DNA of 64,000 nucleotides from Mytilus edulis (GCF_963676685.1 NC_092349.1:86056001-86120000); one strand, 5' to 3'. Positions 13,743 to 27,800 are shown, numbered from the stretch's first letter. Notes: generated by a model not told the origin, from the sequence alone. Program-made: numbers and translations.

Positions 13743-16700
13743 CTGGCAATGATACCTCTTCTTCATATTTTTATTTGAAATATTTGCCATTGGACAGTAT
13801 GCAAAACCAATAAATATAAATTACAACTACAACCACTGTATATTGGTGTATATTGATTGTTGTTGTTTATTAGTGCTATGTTTGGTCATACAATGTTATT
13901 ACATTAATAATAAACCAACTGTAGCCAATCTTTATTAGATGTCAATGTTAACAAGCCAGTATATATGAGAAAGACCTGAGTGTGTATGAAAGCTAAGAAT
14001 GTCTGAGAATGGTTCCAATGATATAAAACAGTTCTATTTGTCTTAATTAACAATGACATAGCGACCTTAATGAACTCATGTAAATCAAATTAGAACATAG
14101 TTCAACATAATGTATGTTACAACAGAAATAAATAACAAAATCATTTATCATTAGCCTTCAAACCTATTTACCTTAAGGTTACAACTTCAGTATGTGATGT
14201 TTGATTTTCATTTAATTGGATATATATATATCAACTGTAATGTTATTTTACTTGACCGTGTTACCAAAAAATATTATGATATATATATATATAGGCTTAG
14301 CTGATGAAATCAATATTTGCATGATCTTTGAATAGCATCTCGGCCATGAGGTATCTTTAACAAACAAATGCAAGACATATCTGAGTTTTGTCTGATCAGT
14401 TTAACAGTTAAAATGTCTAAACAGCTGTGTGCTATGTTTTAAATTTTGCAATCATTTCAGCTTCAAGCCAAATTCAGTTTAAGTTCTGTCCTTACAAGAA
14501 TTGTACTGTGCTATAGTGCAAATTCGTTATATATACATATTATATGTCAAAAAGTAATTGAAATCACTAACATTTATAACATCAAAATATTGTATTTCAT
14601 TTGTATTTTCAGCAATGATTTACTTAGGCATAATTGTCTATGTATACCTATTCTGACCTTTTTATATGATAATAATATATCTTAAGTAAACTTTGTTTGT
14701 ACAGTGTCTACGGCATTCAATGCAGTTTTCAAGGTTTTTATCCATTAATTTTTACAAAAATATCTAATAAATCCCATAATTTTTATAATAAGTATATTAT
14801 GTAAATAATTAGGTGATTTTCAATATAAATAATTTTTTTTATACTCAATCTAAATATTTGAATGTACTGTCTCACCAGTATATTTACATGTCAAATTTTA
14901 AAATATTATGTAATTCATTGTTGAAACTATCAACATTATAAGAAAGGGACATAAGACCCCCACATAACAATGCTGCAGAGGTTTACTGGTTTTACAGTAC
15001 AAATCTAAAAATAGTAGTAAATATGAGGGGAGAATTTAGGATCAGACTTTTAAATTACTTTCATTGAACAAAGTTACAAGTAAAGTTATCCTGAAGTTCA
15101 TAATATCTAACTTTTTTTTTTTTTTAGGTAAATCAAATATTTCTTTATTTTTATATGTTTTTGTATTCAAACAAGGTCAAAAATTATAAGACCTTTATAG
15201 GTCTATATACTTTCATAATCCATATGGCAAAAAGTCACAAGCTTCCAACGTAAATAATTTCTGCAATCAGAACTTCAACAGTCAATGTTGTCAAATAAAA
15301 AGATTTAAGAGTAGACAAGGAGAGAAAAACCTGAAGTACCACTTTGAAACATGTATGTAAAATTGCCATCACTTTGGTATTATGTTGTATACAAATTATC
15401 AACAATTTGTCTTGCATGGTCTTAGGAATTTTTACTTCAACCATTAAGCACACTCTCTTAATTTCCCCACTCAAGTAAGTAATCTTTAAATATATACAAT
15501 CAGAGCGACAAACAACTTTTTTGTGTGGTATGAATATGGGTGGTCAGACATTTTATGGCCGTTTTACCAAATTTCCATGCCATAGGAAACAAAAAATAAG
15601 GGAAAAACACATTCATAGTGAATACAATAATCCATTAATTTGAACACATCATAAGTGTTTTATCAACAATGTAAGTCTTGAGCTGTTAAGATTTGCAAGA
15701 TGTAAAATTTATTGCTGTTCAAAGCGATACTTATGTTAACTTTAGTTTACAAACATTTTGATGTTTTTGAACAAAAGTATGAAAGGAATGTCTTCCCTAT
15801 ATATATATAAAATCACAGACTTTTAACTAGAATGCATTCTTTTCCCTGATCAGGAATTAAGTAAAGAATTAAAGATCATCTAATTCATGTTTTCATCGCA
15901 GTAAGTTACATATGAATTATTTATTCTCTGAAAGCTCAGTACGTAAGTACTTTGATTTTGACAAGCTGACACATCTCTTACATTTATTTATTATTTTTCT
16001 GAAGGACGAAAGGGGAGTAGAGGTAATTGTTCATAACAGAAAAGGAGGGAAGATACTTATAGAAAATTATGTCCTTTATATACATGCTTGAATATTTGTC
16101 ACGACAGTTTCTTTGGATTGGCATCTAGTATCAAATTTATGATATAAAATTAAAAAATCCTTTTATAAAAAAATTCAAAGGTGGAAAAAAAAAATAATGA
16201 AGAGGGAGGCATGGGGAAAGGTATATTTCTTATTTAGTTTGTAACTATAGTTTTGAAGAAAAAAAGACTAACATGGTATGGGTTTTGCTAATTGTTGAAG
16301 GCTGTACGGTGACCTATAGTTGTTAATCTTTGTGTCATTTTGGTCTCTTGTGGAGAGTTGTCTCATTGGCAATCACTCCACATCTTCTTTTTTATATAAC
16401 ATATCTTAGCTGTTTATACCTTATACATGTATTGTAATTTAAAATGTTTTATACTTGATGCCTTTTTTGCTATTGATTCATGCCTATGTTATTGACAATA
16501 TGTGACATGTCATTAACATGTTCCCCGTGCGTAATCTTGACTATTTGCATATTGTTTTCCTCCTAAAGAAAACTTAGAATATCTGTCATTGACAACACCT
16601 GCACACTCAACGAGCAAAAGCTGTTACAATTAACACGCGAGTCTTCTTCAACAAGAAACATGCCAACTATCTGCTGATTACATAATAAATTAACTATACA

Positions 16701-16817
16701 AATTGTTATATAACTCTTATCAATATTTTTTTCCATTTGTTGCAGGATATGGAGTAGTGGTAGCATGACGAATCACAGCACAAGAATAAAAACAATCCTT
16801 CTGCTGACAAGATCACA

Positions 16818-18095
16818 ATGGTTAACCACTCATATGTGATTCCAGGCCACTACGAAAATTTCCTCCAAGATGACCAAGCTATCCAAACCTATATGGAAAA
16901 ATCAGTTGAGGATAGAAATGACCATTCCATACAAAATACTTTTCACCAAGAGGCCTACTATCTCTACTTTGTGGCTGTGCTTGGTATATTACTGAACCTT
17001 GTGGTGGTATTGTTTGTTTTTATACGACAAACATTGAGGAAAATGACAAGTGCCTTTTTAATACATGCATGCTTTTTGGATTGCCTGAAAGCAGCTTATT
17101 GCATTCCAATAGCAAACAATCTTGTAACGCAGAAGAAACCTGCCGACTGTGATTTCTTTGGAGCAACTTACGTATTAATTGTAACTGCCTCTGTGTTTAA
17201 CATGCTGGCCATGGTTTGTACAGAGGCATACACTTTTGGAGAAATAAATATCGGTGGGAATTCAAGAGGATCATTGTGTTGTATTCTTTTTGGAATAATA
17301 CTTGTTTACATAGCTAGTACAGTGTTGCATCTTGGTCCAACGTTGATCGGTGGATATTTTGATTTTCATCCTGAAATTGGCAGCTGCTCATTTGTCTTGG
17401 GCAAAGAGACAGGATATGTGGCTCATGCAATGTGGATTGCAATATCCACCCTAGCAATAGTAGGAATAATCCACTTCATATGTAAGTTATATAAAGAAAT
17501 TCAAGTGAATCATACAAATCGTGTATCAATGCTTGTGAGGTCCTCTCTTACAATAACGGATGAAACACTGACTTCTTGTAATGTTCAAAATTTCATAAAT
17601 GATTCCAGCCATCGTGCAAAAATTTTCATTCTCAACACTATTGCCTTTGTGATTTGTTGGTACCCGCTATTTTTGTTACTATTAATAGATGTGCACTTCA
17701 AAGTATCTCCGAAAGTTTACCAATCATTCAGTTTCATCGCGTGGACACAAGGAAGTATTCAACCAATGATCTACATTCTGTTCGACAGACATATTCACTT
17801 ACTAGCAAAATATATCTATTGTGATCGTTACCGACAATACCGCTTGACAACAATTGCCAATCTGATGAACCAACAAATAACCGCTGCTGCCGCGGCAAAC
17901 AATGCACCAAGTTCCGTTCCGTGTTATGATATCGAGGACAATGAAATAGTATATGGTGTCTCAAACAACGAAAATCAAAGTTCTCATAGTACTTCTCCCA
18001 GTACAATGTTACAACTAAGCCATGAGTCTACACCTTTATCAAATATTCAAATAGAAGACCGAACATTGAACCAAGACATTGGACTACCATGTTAG
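16818..18095 (+). CDS. Orphan class A (rhodopsin-like) GPCR, SREB/GPR85/GPR173-like; uninterrupted CDS, 425 aa
   Basis: Seven hydrophobic segments; TM1 GILLN, TM2 FLIHACFLDCLKAAYCIP (compare SREB FLLDLCxxDxxRSAxCFP), Cys at the top of TM3 and in ECL2 (GSCSF), TM6 CWYP, TM7 WTQGSIQPMIY. The subfamily call is from remembered similarity only. Confidence 0.9.
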   Translation: MVNHSYVIPGHYENFLQDDQAIQTYMEKSVEDRNDHSIQNTFHQEAYYLYFVAVLGILLNLVVVLFVFIRQTLRKMTSAFLIHACFLDCLKAAYCIPIANNLVTQKKPADCDFFGATYVLIVTASVFNMLAMVCTEAYTFGEINIGGNSRGSLCCILFGIILVYIASTVLHLGPTLIGGYFDFHPEIGSCSFVLGKETGYVAHAMWIAISTLAIVGIIHFICKLYKEIQVNHTNRVSMLVRSSLTITDETLTSCNVQNFINDSSHRAKIFILNTIAFVICWYPLFLLLLIDVHFKVSPKVYQSFSFIAWTQGSIQPMIYILFDRHIHLLAKYIYCDRYRQYRLTTIANLMNQQITAAAAANNAPSSVPCYDIEDNEIVYGVSNNENQSSHSTSPSTMLQLSHESTPLSNIQIEDRTLNQDIGLPC

Positions 18096-18814
18096 CTGTA
18101 TATATATATCCATAATAATCATATCAATTTCGTATGAAAAATTAAAAATTATTCAATTTTCTGAGACTGATTGAATGCATTGCTTGGCAAGAAATATTTT
18201 CTGAAACAGTAAAGTTTAAAGGATAAAAGACAGCTTTTTGATTGATTGGTGAATGTTTTACGTCCATGACAGAACACATTTATTGGGTATGGTATATAGC
18301 TTTTTTGGTAGCATTTGAAAGTAAAGGCTATAATAAGACATCTAGTTTTTTTTTATATATGAATCAAGCAGTTATTAATCTCTGTTTTAGGAGTTTAAGG
18401 TACATCGCTTTGCATTACATTTCTTTTTATATTTGCTAATATCAATTTTATTTTGATGATTGTTAATTATGTTTTACTGATAGAATGTCAGAACTTTTAT
18501 TACAATCATAAACTGAACACAGCAACAAGAGTTATATCTCCAATGTGTTGTATCTGCCAAAAAAATGAGAAAATCTGAGATTTAATCTACAAATTAAGAT
18601 TATATTAAGAATATGCATATTATTGAAATCAAATTATTGTCAAAAAATATGTCTTAATTATCAAAATTTAATCCAAGTAACATGAGTAACAAAAAAACTT
18701 AACTTATGGATATTCAAAAACATCCAGAAAACTATAATATATATATATATATTTAATATCAATTACAAAAAGAAAAAAGAAAAAAGCAAAAAAAGCAAAA
18801 CAACAGTCTAAAGC

Positions 18815-19030
18815 TTATAGTGCTCTAAAAGGGAAGGCATTTCCAGGAGTGTTCTTCTGTTGGCAACCCTTAAAGTGCTCTGGAAGGGTTACTTAGCATT
18901 TCTTCTTCTATTGGCAACCCCTTAAAGTGCTCTAGAAGGCTAAGTATTTCCTGTTCTTCTGTTGGCAACCCTTAGAGTGCTCTGGAATGGTTAGCATTTC
19001 TGGTTCTTCTAGAGGCAACTGTTCTGCTAC
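18815..19030. repeat. Degenerate ~55-60-bp tandem repeat, about 4 copies
   Basis: GTTCTTCTGTTGGCAACCCTTAAAGTGCTCT(G/A)GAAGG..AGCATTT. Confidence 0.75.
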
Positions 19031-21533
19031 TTGTACGGCAAGTAAAAGAGGACCACGTTCTGGCAACATATCTCAACCCTATCAAGATTAAATACCTCTT
19101 TTAATTCAGAAGACTGGTCACAAAATCATTCATGTAACAACTGCATGGAAGGAAACAGTAATGGAATCTATACAATAATCTATCAATCTAAAATTGTAAT
19201 GACTAAATTGAAGTAATTTTTTTCATCCATTTTTTTTTATGAATGAAAAATGAGAATAATTCATCCTGAAACCAACAAATTATCAAATTTGTTATTTATA
19301 AGTTTCTGTTACAAGAGATTTCTACAGCATACAACCATCATGGTAATCTCATCTAGATGTTCTGGTGCCAAATCTGGTTATCTCTACTCAAGGACTATTG
19401 TAGAATGCCAAGCTTTGGATAACAGATTGTTGTGTCAATATGTTTTGGATTGATCAAATTCCCTGATTTAATTTTATGATTTTTATGAATTTATCAACAT
19501 CTATCTGAAGTATTTTATCTGTCCCAAAAAAAATTGAACATTGGAAAGATGAATTCTCTGCAATAAAATGATCTTCTTTTCCCTTCTTTCAAGTTAACCA
19601 TACAAGCATAGACAAGATGCTCCTCATGGATATTCATAAAAAGATCTGCTTCTGTCATTTATAATTTCAGATTTCCATGTAGAATTTAACAAGATTTGAT
19701 AAATGTAACTGCTAAAAAGCAGTTGTCAAAAATGTAATGCTATTTTACTGCCTTGACATAAAAACAACTAGGTTTCCTTATCAATTCTTTCAATGATAAA
19801 GTTTTCTTTTAAACTTAGGTTATGTAATGATAAGAAATTTTTCAATGTTAATATGAATTTGATTTATTCCGTATCAGCTGATTCTCTAATGATGGGATAT
19901 TGACTTTGTAATAACTAATTTGAATGTAAATCATTCAACAGTAGCAGCTTGGCTTTAACCATTAAAGATAGGAATTTATTACAAACATAAAAACAACTCT
20001 TTTTATAGAATTTTTTTTGCCATTTGTAAGAAAAATTTAAACAAACTATATATATGTGTTTTTGTTTTCTAAGATTGATCTTGCATACCAAGGTTAACTG
20101 CTCTGACTATGAAAGTTGTTTAATGCAATGTGGCAAATCAAATAACAATTAAAGGTCCAAACTCCTTATGTGGAATGTTATCTGGTGTAACACTGCAATA
20201 TTTTTGTTGTTTTCTGTTAACCCTTTTTATGCATTATTCCTGAATAAAAAGGAGTGTTACAGTTTAAATATAATTATACAAATTGAAATTTGGATTAAAA
20301 CTTTCAACGAACTGTGATAAGAACTGAAGTAACAATCAACACAGTGTTCATATGTGGATCCAGGGGCCCCCTTTTGTTGGAAAAACTTGGTTGATTATAT
20401 AGGGAATCACTAAAGCATGACTGAAGTGAGCCCCCCCCCCCCCTTTTAGGTCAGTCAGTGCCCCTCCCCCTTATAAAAAGTTCTGGATCTGCCATTGGTG
20501 TTACACTAGGTCCTGATGTACTACCTTATCAGCTCTCTACTAATTATAAGTACTAGTGCATTTCAAGACCATAGTTGATACTTATAAGTTATCTAGGCTA
20601 AATTTAGAGCCCTACCATTGATGAAGGTAGGAATGGTCTTTTTATCAAGTGTCAAATGCCTCTTTTTGCTTTACTGCTAGGGTTAAATGAGGTTAAATTT
20701 CTAATTAAATTTAATACAAATAAAACATATTAAAACACTGATTATCAGTGTGATGCAATGTTTAATCTAACATCTTCTACATATCTGTATGCTGTTAATA
20801 CCTTTAAATAACACTCAAATAGTTTTAAAGTGTTTTTGACTTTGCCCTGTATCCTGAAGGGACAAACCATTTGCAAACTTTCTCAATTATTCTCTACAAA
20901 TAATGTTTGGAAGTATGCACATGATATATTCACTGCAGATTTAATGCCAATTGATTTACAAAACCATTTGACTAAAACATGTAAAATACAGATTACAAGT
21001 TTTAAGCACGAATATGATTTATTATATAGACAGAATCATTGACTAAACACAAATCTTTGAACAGACACTGTAACAGCAATAATCACAGGGCAATAAACTT
21101 GTACAAATGTATGGAAAATACCACTAAAGCAGTTGTTACTTAATGTATCTACCTACACACATATTTCTATAGTAATTACTTATATCTGTACTGACACATG
21201 TCACATCAAACAATACCAGGAGTTTTTACTTGTCTTTTTTTCTCACATATACTGTAGTATAGACAGTATAGATTGATAGAATTCTGTTAGAATCTGGCAA
21301 GATAGAGCAGGATATGATATGATAGATGTTTGTTAATCTGTAAGAAATAAACAAATAGATATCTATTAAATCAATACTAATTTGTTTGATAAATAAACAA
21401 TTATGAATCCTGAAGATCAGACAGAGGATCAAAGGTATAGAGTATAACAAGGATGATATATAACAACTATCTATTCTGCATGAGTGTAAAGTGCATTATG
21501 AATCTAATGGTAGAGAACTTTCGGTATGGGCTT

Positions 21534-22160
21534 TGATCATTGTTGAAGGCTGTACAGTGACCTATAGTTGTTAATTAATTTCTGTGTCTTTGATCATTGT
21601 TGAAGGCTGTACAGGGACCTATAGTTGTTAATTAATTTCTGTGTCTTTGATCATTGTTGAAGGCTGTACAATGACCTATAGTTGTTAACTGATTTCTGTG
21701 TCATTGATCATTGATGAAGGCTGTACAGTGACCTATAGTTGTTAATTAATTTCTGTGTCATTGATCATTGTTGAAGGCTGTACAGTGACCTATAGTTGTT
21801 AATTAATTTCTGTGTCATTGATCATTGCTGAAGGCTGTACAGTGACCTATAGTTGTTAATTAATTTCTGTGTCTTTGATCATTGTTGAAGGCTGTACAGG
21901 GACCTATAGTTGTTAATTAATTTCTGTGTCTTTGATCATTGTTGAAGGCTGTACAATGACCTATAGTTGTTAACTGATTTCTGTGTCATTGATCATTGAT
22001 GAAGGCTGTACAGTGACCTATAGTTGTTAATTAATTTCTGTGTCATTGATCATTGTTGAAGGCTGTACAGTGACCTATAGTTGTTAATTAATTTCTGTGT
22101 CATTGATCATTGCTGAAGGCTGTACAGTGACCTATAGTTGTTAATTAATTTCTGTGTCAT
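21534..22160. repeat. Minisatellite, 57-bp unit, 11 copies, derived from an interspersed repeat
   Basis: TGATCATTGTTGAAGGCTGTACAGTGACCTATAGTTGTTAATTAATTTCTGTGTC(A/T)T; the same sequence is single-copy in dispersed elements, e.g. 16275-16395. Confidence 0.96.
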
Positions 22161-22444
22161 TTGCCTTTTGGTCTCTTCTTTTTTATAATTAGTCCAGTAC
22201 ACCATTACATTCAGAGATGTGGTCTGATAGCCAATGAGTCAAAAGGAGGATGCTATAGCTAACCTTACAGCTTTCATCAATGAGTGAAATCCTTACTGTA
22301 TAGAGGTCTCATAAAGGGTGGTCTGTAGAACCTAACAACTAAATTTTGCAAAGGATTGACACATGTATACAGTTATGGTATTTTGCAATAGAAATAATAG
22401 TTAGGATCAGCAGATTTCCTAAAGGTCAATCAGGAATGTTTTTA

Positions 22445-22960
22445 GAGAACTCATGATACTGACATATCAAGTAAACTATAAATCCTAGAGAGAACTCATG
22501 ATACTGTATCAAGTAAGCTATAAATCCTAGAGAGAACTCATGATACTGTATCAAGTAAGCTATAAATTCTAGAAATGTATCAAGTAAGCTATAAATTCTA
22601 GAAATGTATCAAGTAAGCTACAAATCCTAGAAATGTATCAAGTAAGCTATAAATCCTAGAACTGTATCAAGTAAGCTATAAATTCTAGAAATGTATCAAG
22701 TAAGCTACAAATCCTAGAAATGTATCAAGTAAGCTACAAATCCTAGAAATGTATCAAGCTTAAGTAAGCTACAAATCCTAGAAATGTATCAAGTAAGCTA
22801 CAAATCCTAGAAATGTATCAAGTAAGCTACAAATCCTAGAAATGTATCAAGTAAGCTACAAATCCTAGAAATGTATCAAGTAAGCTATAAATCCTAGAAA
22901 TGTATCAAGTAAGCTATAAATCCTAGAAATGTATCAAGCAAGCTATAAATCCTAGAAATG
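22445..22960. repeat. Minisatellite, 29-bp unit
   Basis: AGAAATGTATCAAGTAAGCTA(T/C)AAAT(C/T)CT, preceded by longer ~41-bp variants. Confidence 0.95.
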
Positions 22961-24673
22961 ACTAAATGAGAAACAATTCAGACAAAAAAAAACTGTCTTC
23001 TTTATTTCAGGCATGTTTAAATCTTCTGCTTCGTCTTTAAAATCTATAAAACCAACAAAAATGACAAAGTTGAAAAAAATATCTGAATTGATTTCAAGCT
23101 TATTTCCTAATGCATGTAGAGTAAGACTTTTGTTGGCTTGCTTGCTTTGTTTAAATATTGTACAATTGTATTTGCGGGCCAACCAAAGTCTTAGTTTACA
23201 AGCATTGAGAAACTAGCCAATGCAATTGCTAATTTGCCTTTTCCATGCACAATATCCTCCTTTTATAACCCTTTTACAAGGAAAATAATTTTTAATGGGT
23301 TAAGGATTAACTGTATTTTACAGGATATTATAATTTTGTGCTTTTGCATTAAGTCTGCAAACTTAGCCTATAAAAAATGTACTTTGATGAACATTACATA
23401 TTGGGGTTCACCTGTTCCAAAAAATGGTATCCCACGGTTTCCCACCAGTAAAATTGAATATCCAGTACATCAAGTACCTGTTTAATCATAACACATTTAT
23501 TAGTTCAAAAGAAGCATTTCAGAAGAGACAGATAAAGTATATGACAGCAGAGTATAAGATAATATCTAAAATGTATGGAGTGAAAAACAACAGAGGCTAG
23601 TTACACTCATGGTGTGTGCATTCCATACTGTAACAGTCTGAGAGTTAATTTGACAAGATTAAAGACTAATTTGTTATTCTAGAAAGCATAAGCCAGAATA
23701 AACTGTAAGATTAATTCTCTTAAGATAGTATCTAAAGGAACTACAACAAGAATTCAGATTGTTTCTAAATTACCACATAATACATGTCAATAAATCACAA
23801 ATTTTTCATCAAGTAATGAAATTTGCAGTTCAAAAGCAAACATTTCACAGAAGATTGTACAAATTGAATTATTCGGCCCATTAAACTTCAATAAGTTTAT
23901 GATAAATTGGCCATACAAAAGTTGAATCATACCAATCAACATTGAGAATGGATATGGGGAAAATGTCAAAGAGACAACAACCTGACCATAGAGCAGATAA
24001 CAGCCAAAGGCCACCAAATTGGGTCTTTATTGCAGTGAGAAAATCCTGCACCCAGAGGTGGTCCTTATAGCTGGCACCTAAATAAAATTGTGTACTAGTT
24101 CATTGAAAATGGACATCATACTAAACTCCAAAACATATAAATGAACTAAAATTAAAATAATTGTATGGATCATTGCTGGTACTCCATATGTAATAAAGCA
24201 GAATTAATATGTGTGTGTTAAAATAAGACAATATGCAACAGAATTAAGCTAAGGCTCTCACATTAAAGACGAGTCCATAACTCATGATTTTCTGACTGAC
24301 ACTCACCAAACTCTGTACTTTCAAGTTTAAAGATAAAGTAAAGATTCTGACAGTTGAGCCATGTAATCTTTACTTATTGGAAAAGATATTTAGGTTACTG
24401 ATAATTTTCCTTGAAACTTTAAATGTGTAATGGTAAAAAAATAATTTACTTAGATGCTCCAATCCCCTAAAAATTCTCATTAAAGAACTGATTAAATTAC
24501 TATAAATGCAAAAAGTAATGCTTATTTTAATCAATGCCATATGAAAATTGAGATAGTATATTCATTAATCAAAACTGCATTTTATTAACTTTACCAATGC
24601 AATGTTCTTCCATAGGCCTTTATTTAACATCATGGTAATACAATGCTTTATTGCTTGAATATGATGTTATCTG

Positions 24674-24809
24674 GCCTCGCGGTCATAAAACTTTCGAGCA
24701 CGATTTTTGTACTCAGACTCACGAATCAACCAATCAAAATACTGGATTTCATGTTTCGAGCATGATTTTTGTGCTCCGAGCACTGAGCAAAGTTTTATGA
24801 CTTCAACCC
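24674..24809. mobile_element. Small MITE (PIF/Harbinger-like, CTG TSD)
   Basis: GTCATAAAACT / AGTTTTATGAC inverted ends, CTG on both flanks, and locally CpG-rich in a CpG-poor region. Confidence 0.6.
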
Positions 24810-27800
24810 CTGAAAGGATTTACTCTTTGTAATGAATGCTACCAATGCTACAAACAAGATGGTATTTCGAATATCATCTTCACTAGAATACTAAATGAAT
24901 TTATTTAAAATAGTTTTAAATCACAATCTTTAATTAGTAGCGCTAACTTTGAATTTACATTAATTTCTAAATTAACAGCCTATGGTTTTGCTGTAAGAGT
25001 TAATATGTCATTCAAGTTCAAATATTTCTCAATAATATAAAATTCTTCTTGTCAATATGTCAAATTAACTTGATGAATGCTGTAAACCAAATTTTAGCTT
25101 ATTGTCACAGAATCTTTATTTCATATTTAGTGTTTTCTAGTCGAATTCGTGGATATTCATTTAGTAATTTTTCTTGCTTTCTAAAAGTCTTAATATTAGG
25201 GAGGACCAATTGATTTTATATATTCCTGAGGTCACCGTATTAAATTTATCAACAATTTGTTTTTTAGTCTCTGTTGACAGTTCAGATAAATTCAACTTAC
25301 ATTAACTGGTTAAAAATGTGTTTGCCATACCATAAGTGCATTTTGTCTAGAAAAGACTCATTAGTGACGCTCGATTCAAAAAAATTTAAAAGACCAAATA
25401 AAGGATGAATATTAGAATTTGAATGTTGAATATTATATAACCTGACTATAATTAGAAATGACATTTTGACCTCTAGATGTCCTTTGATTGTTTGTATTGT
25501 TGGATAGTTATCATTGACAAATACATCACATCTCTTTATATTCAGGCTTGAATTGGACAAGGGATATTATAATATTGATCAACATTTATCATCTATACAT
25601 TTGAAGCTACCAACAGCAACACTTAAAAACCTGTTAAAAACATATTTGTATCATATGCTGAATTAATTTAAAATGTAACATATTTCTTTTTCAGTCAATG
25701 AATATAAAATCAGACAGATATTATGCTAAAAATAAATCTCATAAATTCCAAAATAAAAATGATATTCTTTTTATGTCATAACAGCCATTCATCAGTATTA
25801 TCTTGATGTAACTACAGGGAGGATATTTGTAAATACCTTCATTACAATCTCATTAGACAACCACTACAACCTCAATGATTCTCCCTTAACATTCTGGTTT
25901 ACTTTGGTGTACTGAACGTGATTGTTATGTAATAAAACACTAACTGTGTTCACACCCATACAAACCATAGCAATGGCACTTTTAATTTTTTGTACATTTA
26001 CCTTCAAGCTAAATAGGCTTTACTTCGAGAGAACATGAAAAAATCAAATGGTTTGGATTGAGCATATTTAAGAGAGAAAAAAATATACCATAGGGATACT
26101 AAAACTCATAGTTTTAGTTGATAGAAAACTGACAATATAATGGCAAAAAAACAAAGAACGACTGAAAGACAAACTACAGTATATATATAAGTGATGGCTG
26201 ATAGCCATGTACACACTCTTACATATTGTCTCAATTATTCTATAGCCATGGACACACTCTTACATATTGTCTCAATTATTCTATAACTCATAGCTGTCAT
26301 ATATAGTGTTCATCTTAAAAGGGTGTTGGTTATAGATAAAATAAAAAAAGCACAATTCCAAGATATATTTTTAGGCCAGCCTTCAGACATCTTGCTGTTC
26401 AATGAAGTATATAGAACATCCCCCTTTTTCTAACACTTTTAAGATAAAGTCAAGCTAAAACAAGAGTAAACAGGAATGTGTCCATATCACATAGATGCCT
26501 CACTCCTACAATAATTTTCTAATTGAAATTGGAGTCAAAACTCTAATTTTAAGCATTACAGTTAGAAAGATCATACCACAAGAAACATCTGCATTAAGTT
26601 TCAAGTTGATTGGAATTTGGACTTCAACCTCATAAAAAAATACCTTGACCAGAACGAAGTAACTGACAAACAGACACACAAACCGAATGGCATCATGCCC
26701 CTAGGTGGAGCATAAATTTATGTTTTTTATCATATAACCTTATAATAAGTTCTGGTTTGACAAACTGGTCAAATTTATGACAGCTCTTTAATTATATGCT
26801 GACATGACAAAAATGAAAATGGACTTCTGTACTGGATGAATAACAGCTAGCAGGTGCAAAGTGTTTTCATGAAAAACTAGAAACCAAACAATATAATATT
26901 ATCTACACATTAACAATATCCTATATAATAACATATGCATGAAAGAAGATTCATTAAACATATGGCATTAGCAAGTTTAGTCCATTCATACATCAAGAAA
27001 TTTAATAAAAACAAGAACAAGAATGTGTCCATAGTACACAGATGCCCCACTCCCACTATCATTTTCTTTGTTCAGTTGACTGTGAAATTAAGGTCAAAAA
27101 TCAAATTTGGCATTTAAATTAGAAAGATTATATCATTATCATAGGGAACATGTGTACTAACTAGCTTCATCAAAATCATTACCTGAAGCAGGACAGACAG
27201 TTAAACTGACAGAATGAGATGGATGAATGGTACAACAAATGGACACACAGACAGGATAACACAATGCCCTTAGATGGGGCATAAACATATATCTCCATAG
27301 AACACAGCCTCCCATTGCAGAATTCAAATTATTGTTCAAGTTCAGTGAACCATAAAATCTGGGTCAGAATCATACTTTGACATATGATTTTAAAAGTTCA
27401 CAATATGACCCAGATGAGTTCTAGCTAGGTTTCAAGTTGATATATGGCATATTTCATGCAAACTACCTTTACCACAACTTTAACCAGAGAATGTATGGAT
27501 TTAAGGTGTCACATTTCCAAGATAAAAATCATCATTTGAGAGCAATATACTCTTAATATGAAGTCATGTGACAATTTTTGTGAAAATGGACAGCAGGAGC
27601 AGATTTCAACAGTTTGAATATATTTATACCTGACAGATTTAAAGCAGTTTTCAAGACATTATTGACAAAATCTATATGTTCTATTAACAGCCATGTGGGC
27701 CATGTTGGTAAGACATGAAACTCCAATTAGTGGTGGATCCAGAAAACTGGAGATTTGAACCCCTCCCCTTTTTTTGTACAATCAATGCATTTGAAAGGGG

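Noticed and set aside
17734-18006. Antisense ORFs overlapping the GPCR, LINE and HCP exons (17734-, 30771+, 31802+, 51591-, 57612-)
   Set aside because: They are shadow frames of real coding sequence with no motifs.
1-22960. CRISPR-like appearance of the 29-71 bp repeat arrays
   Set aside because: Units are head to tail with no unique spacers, there are no cas genes, and the context is eukaryotic.
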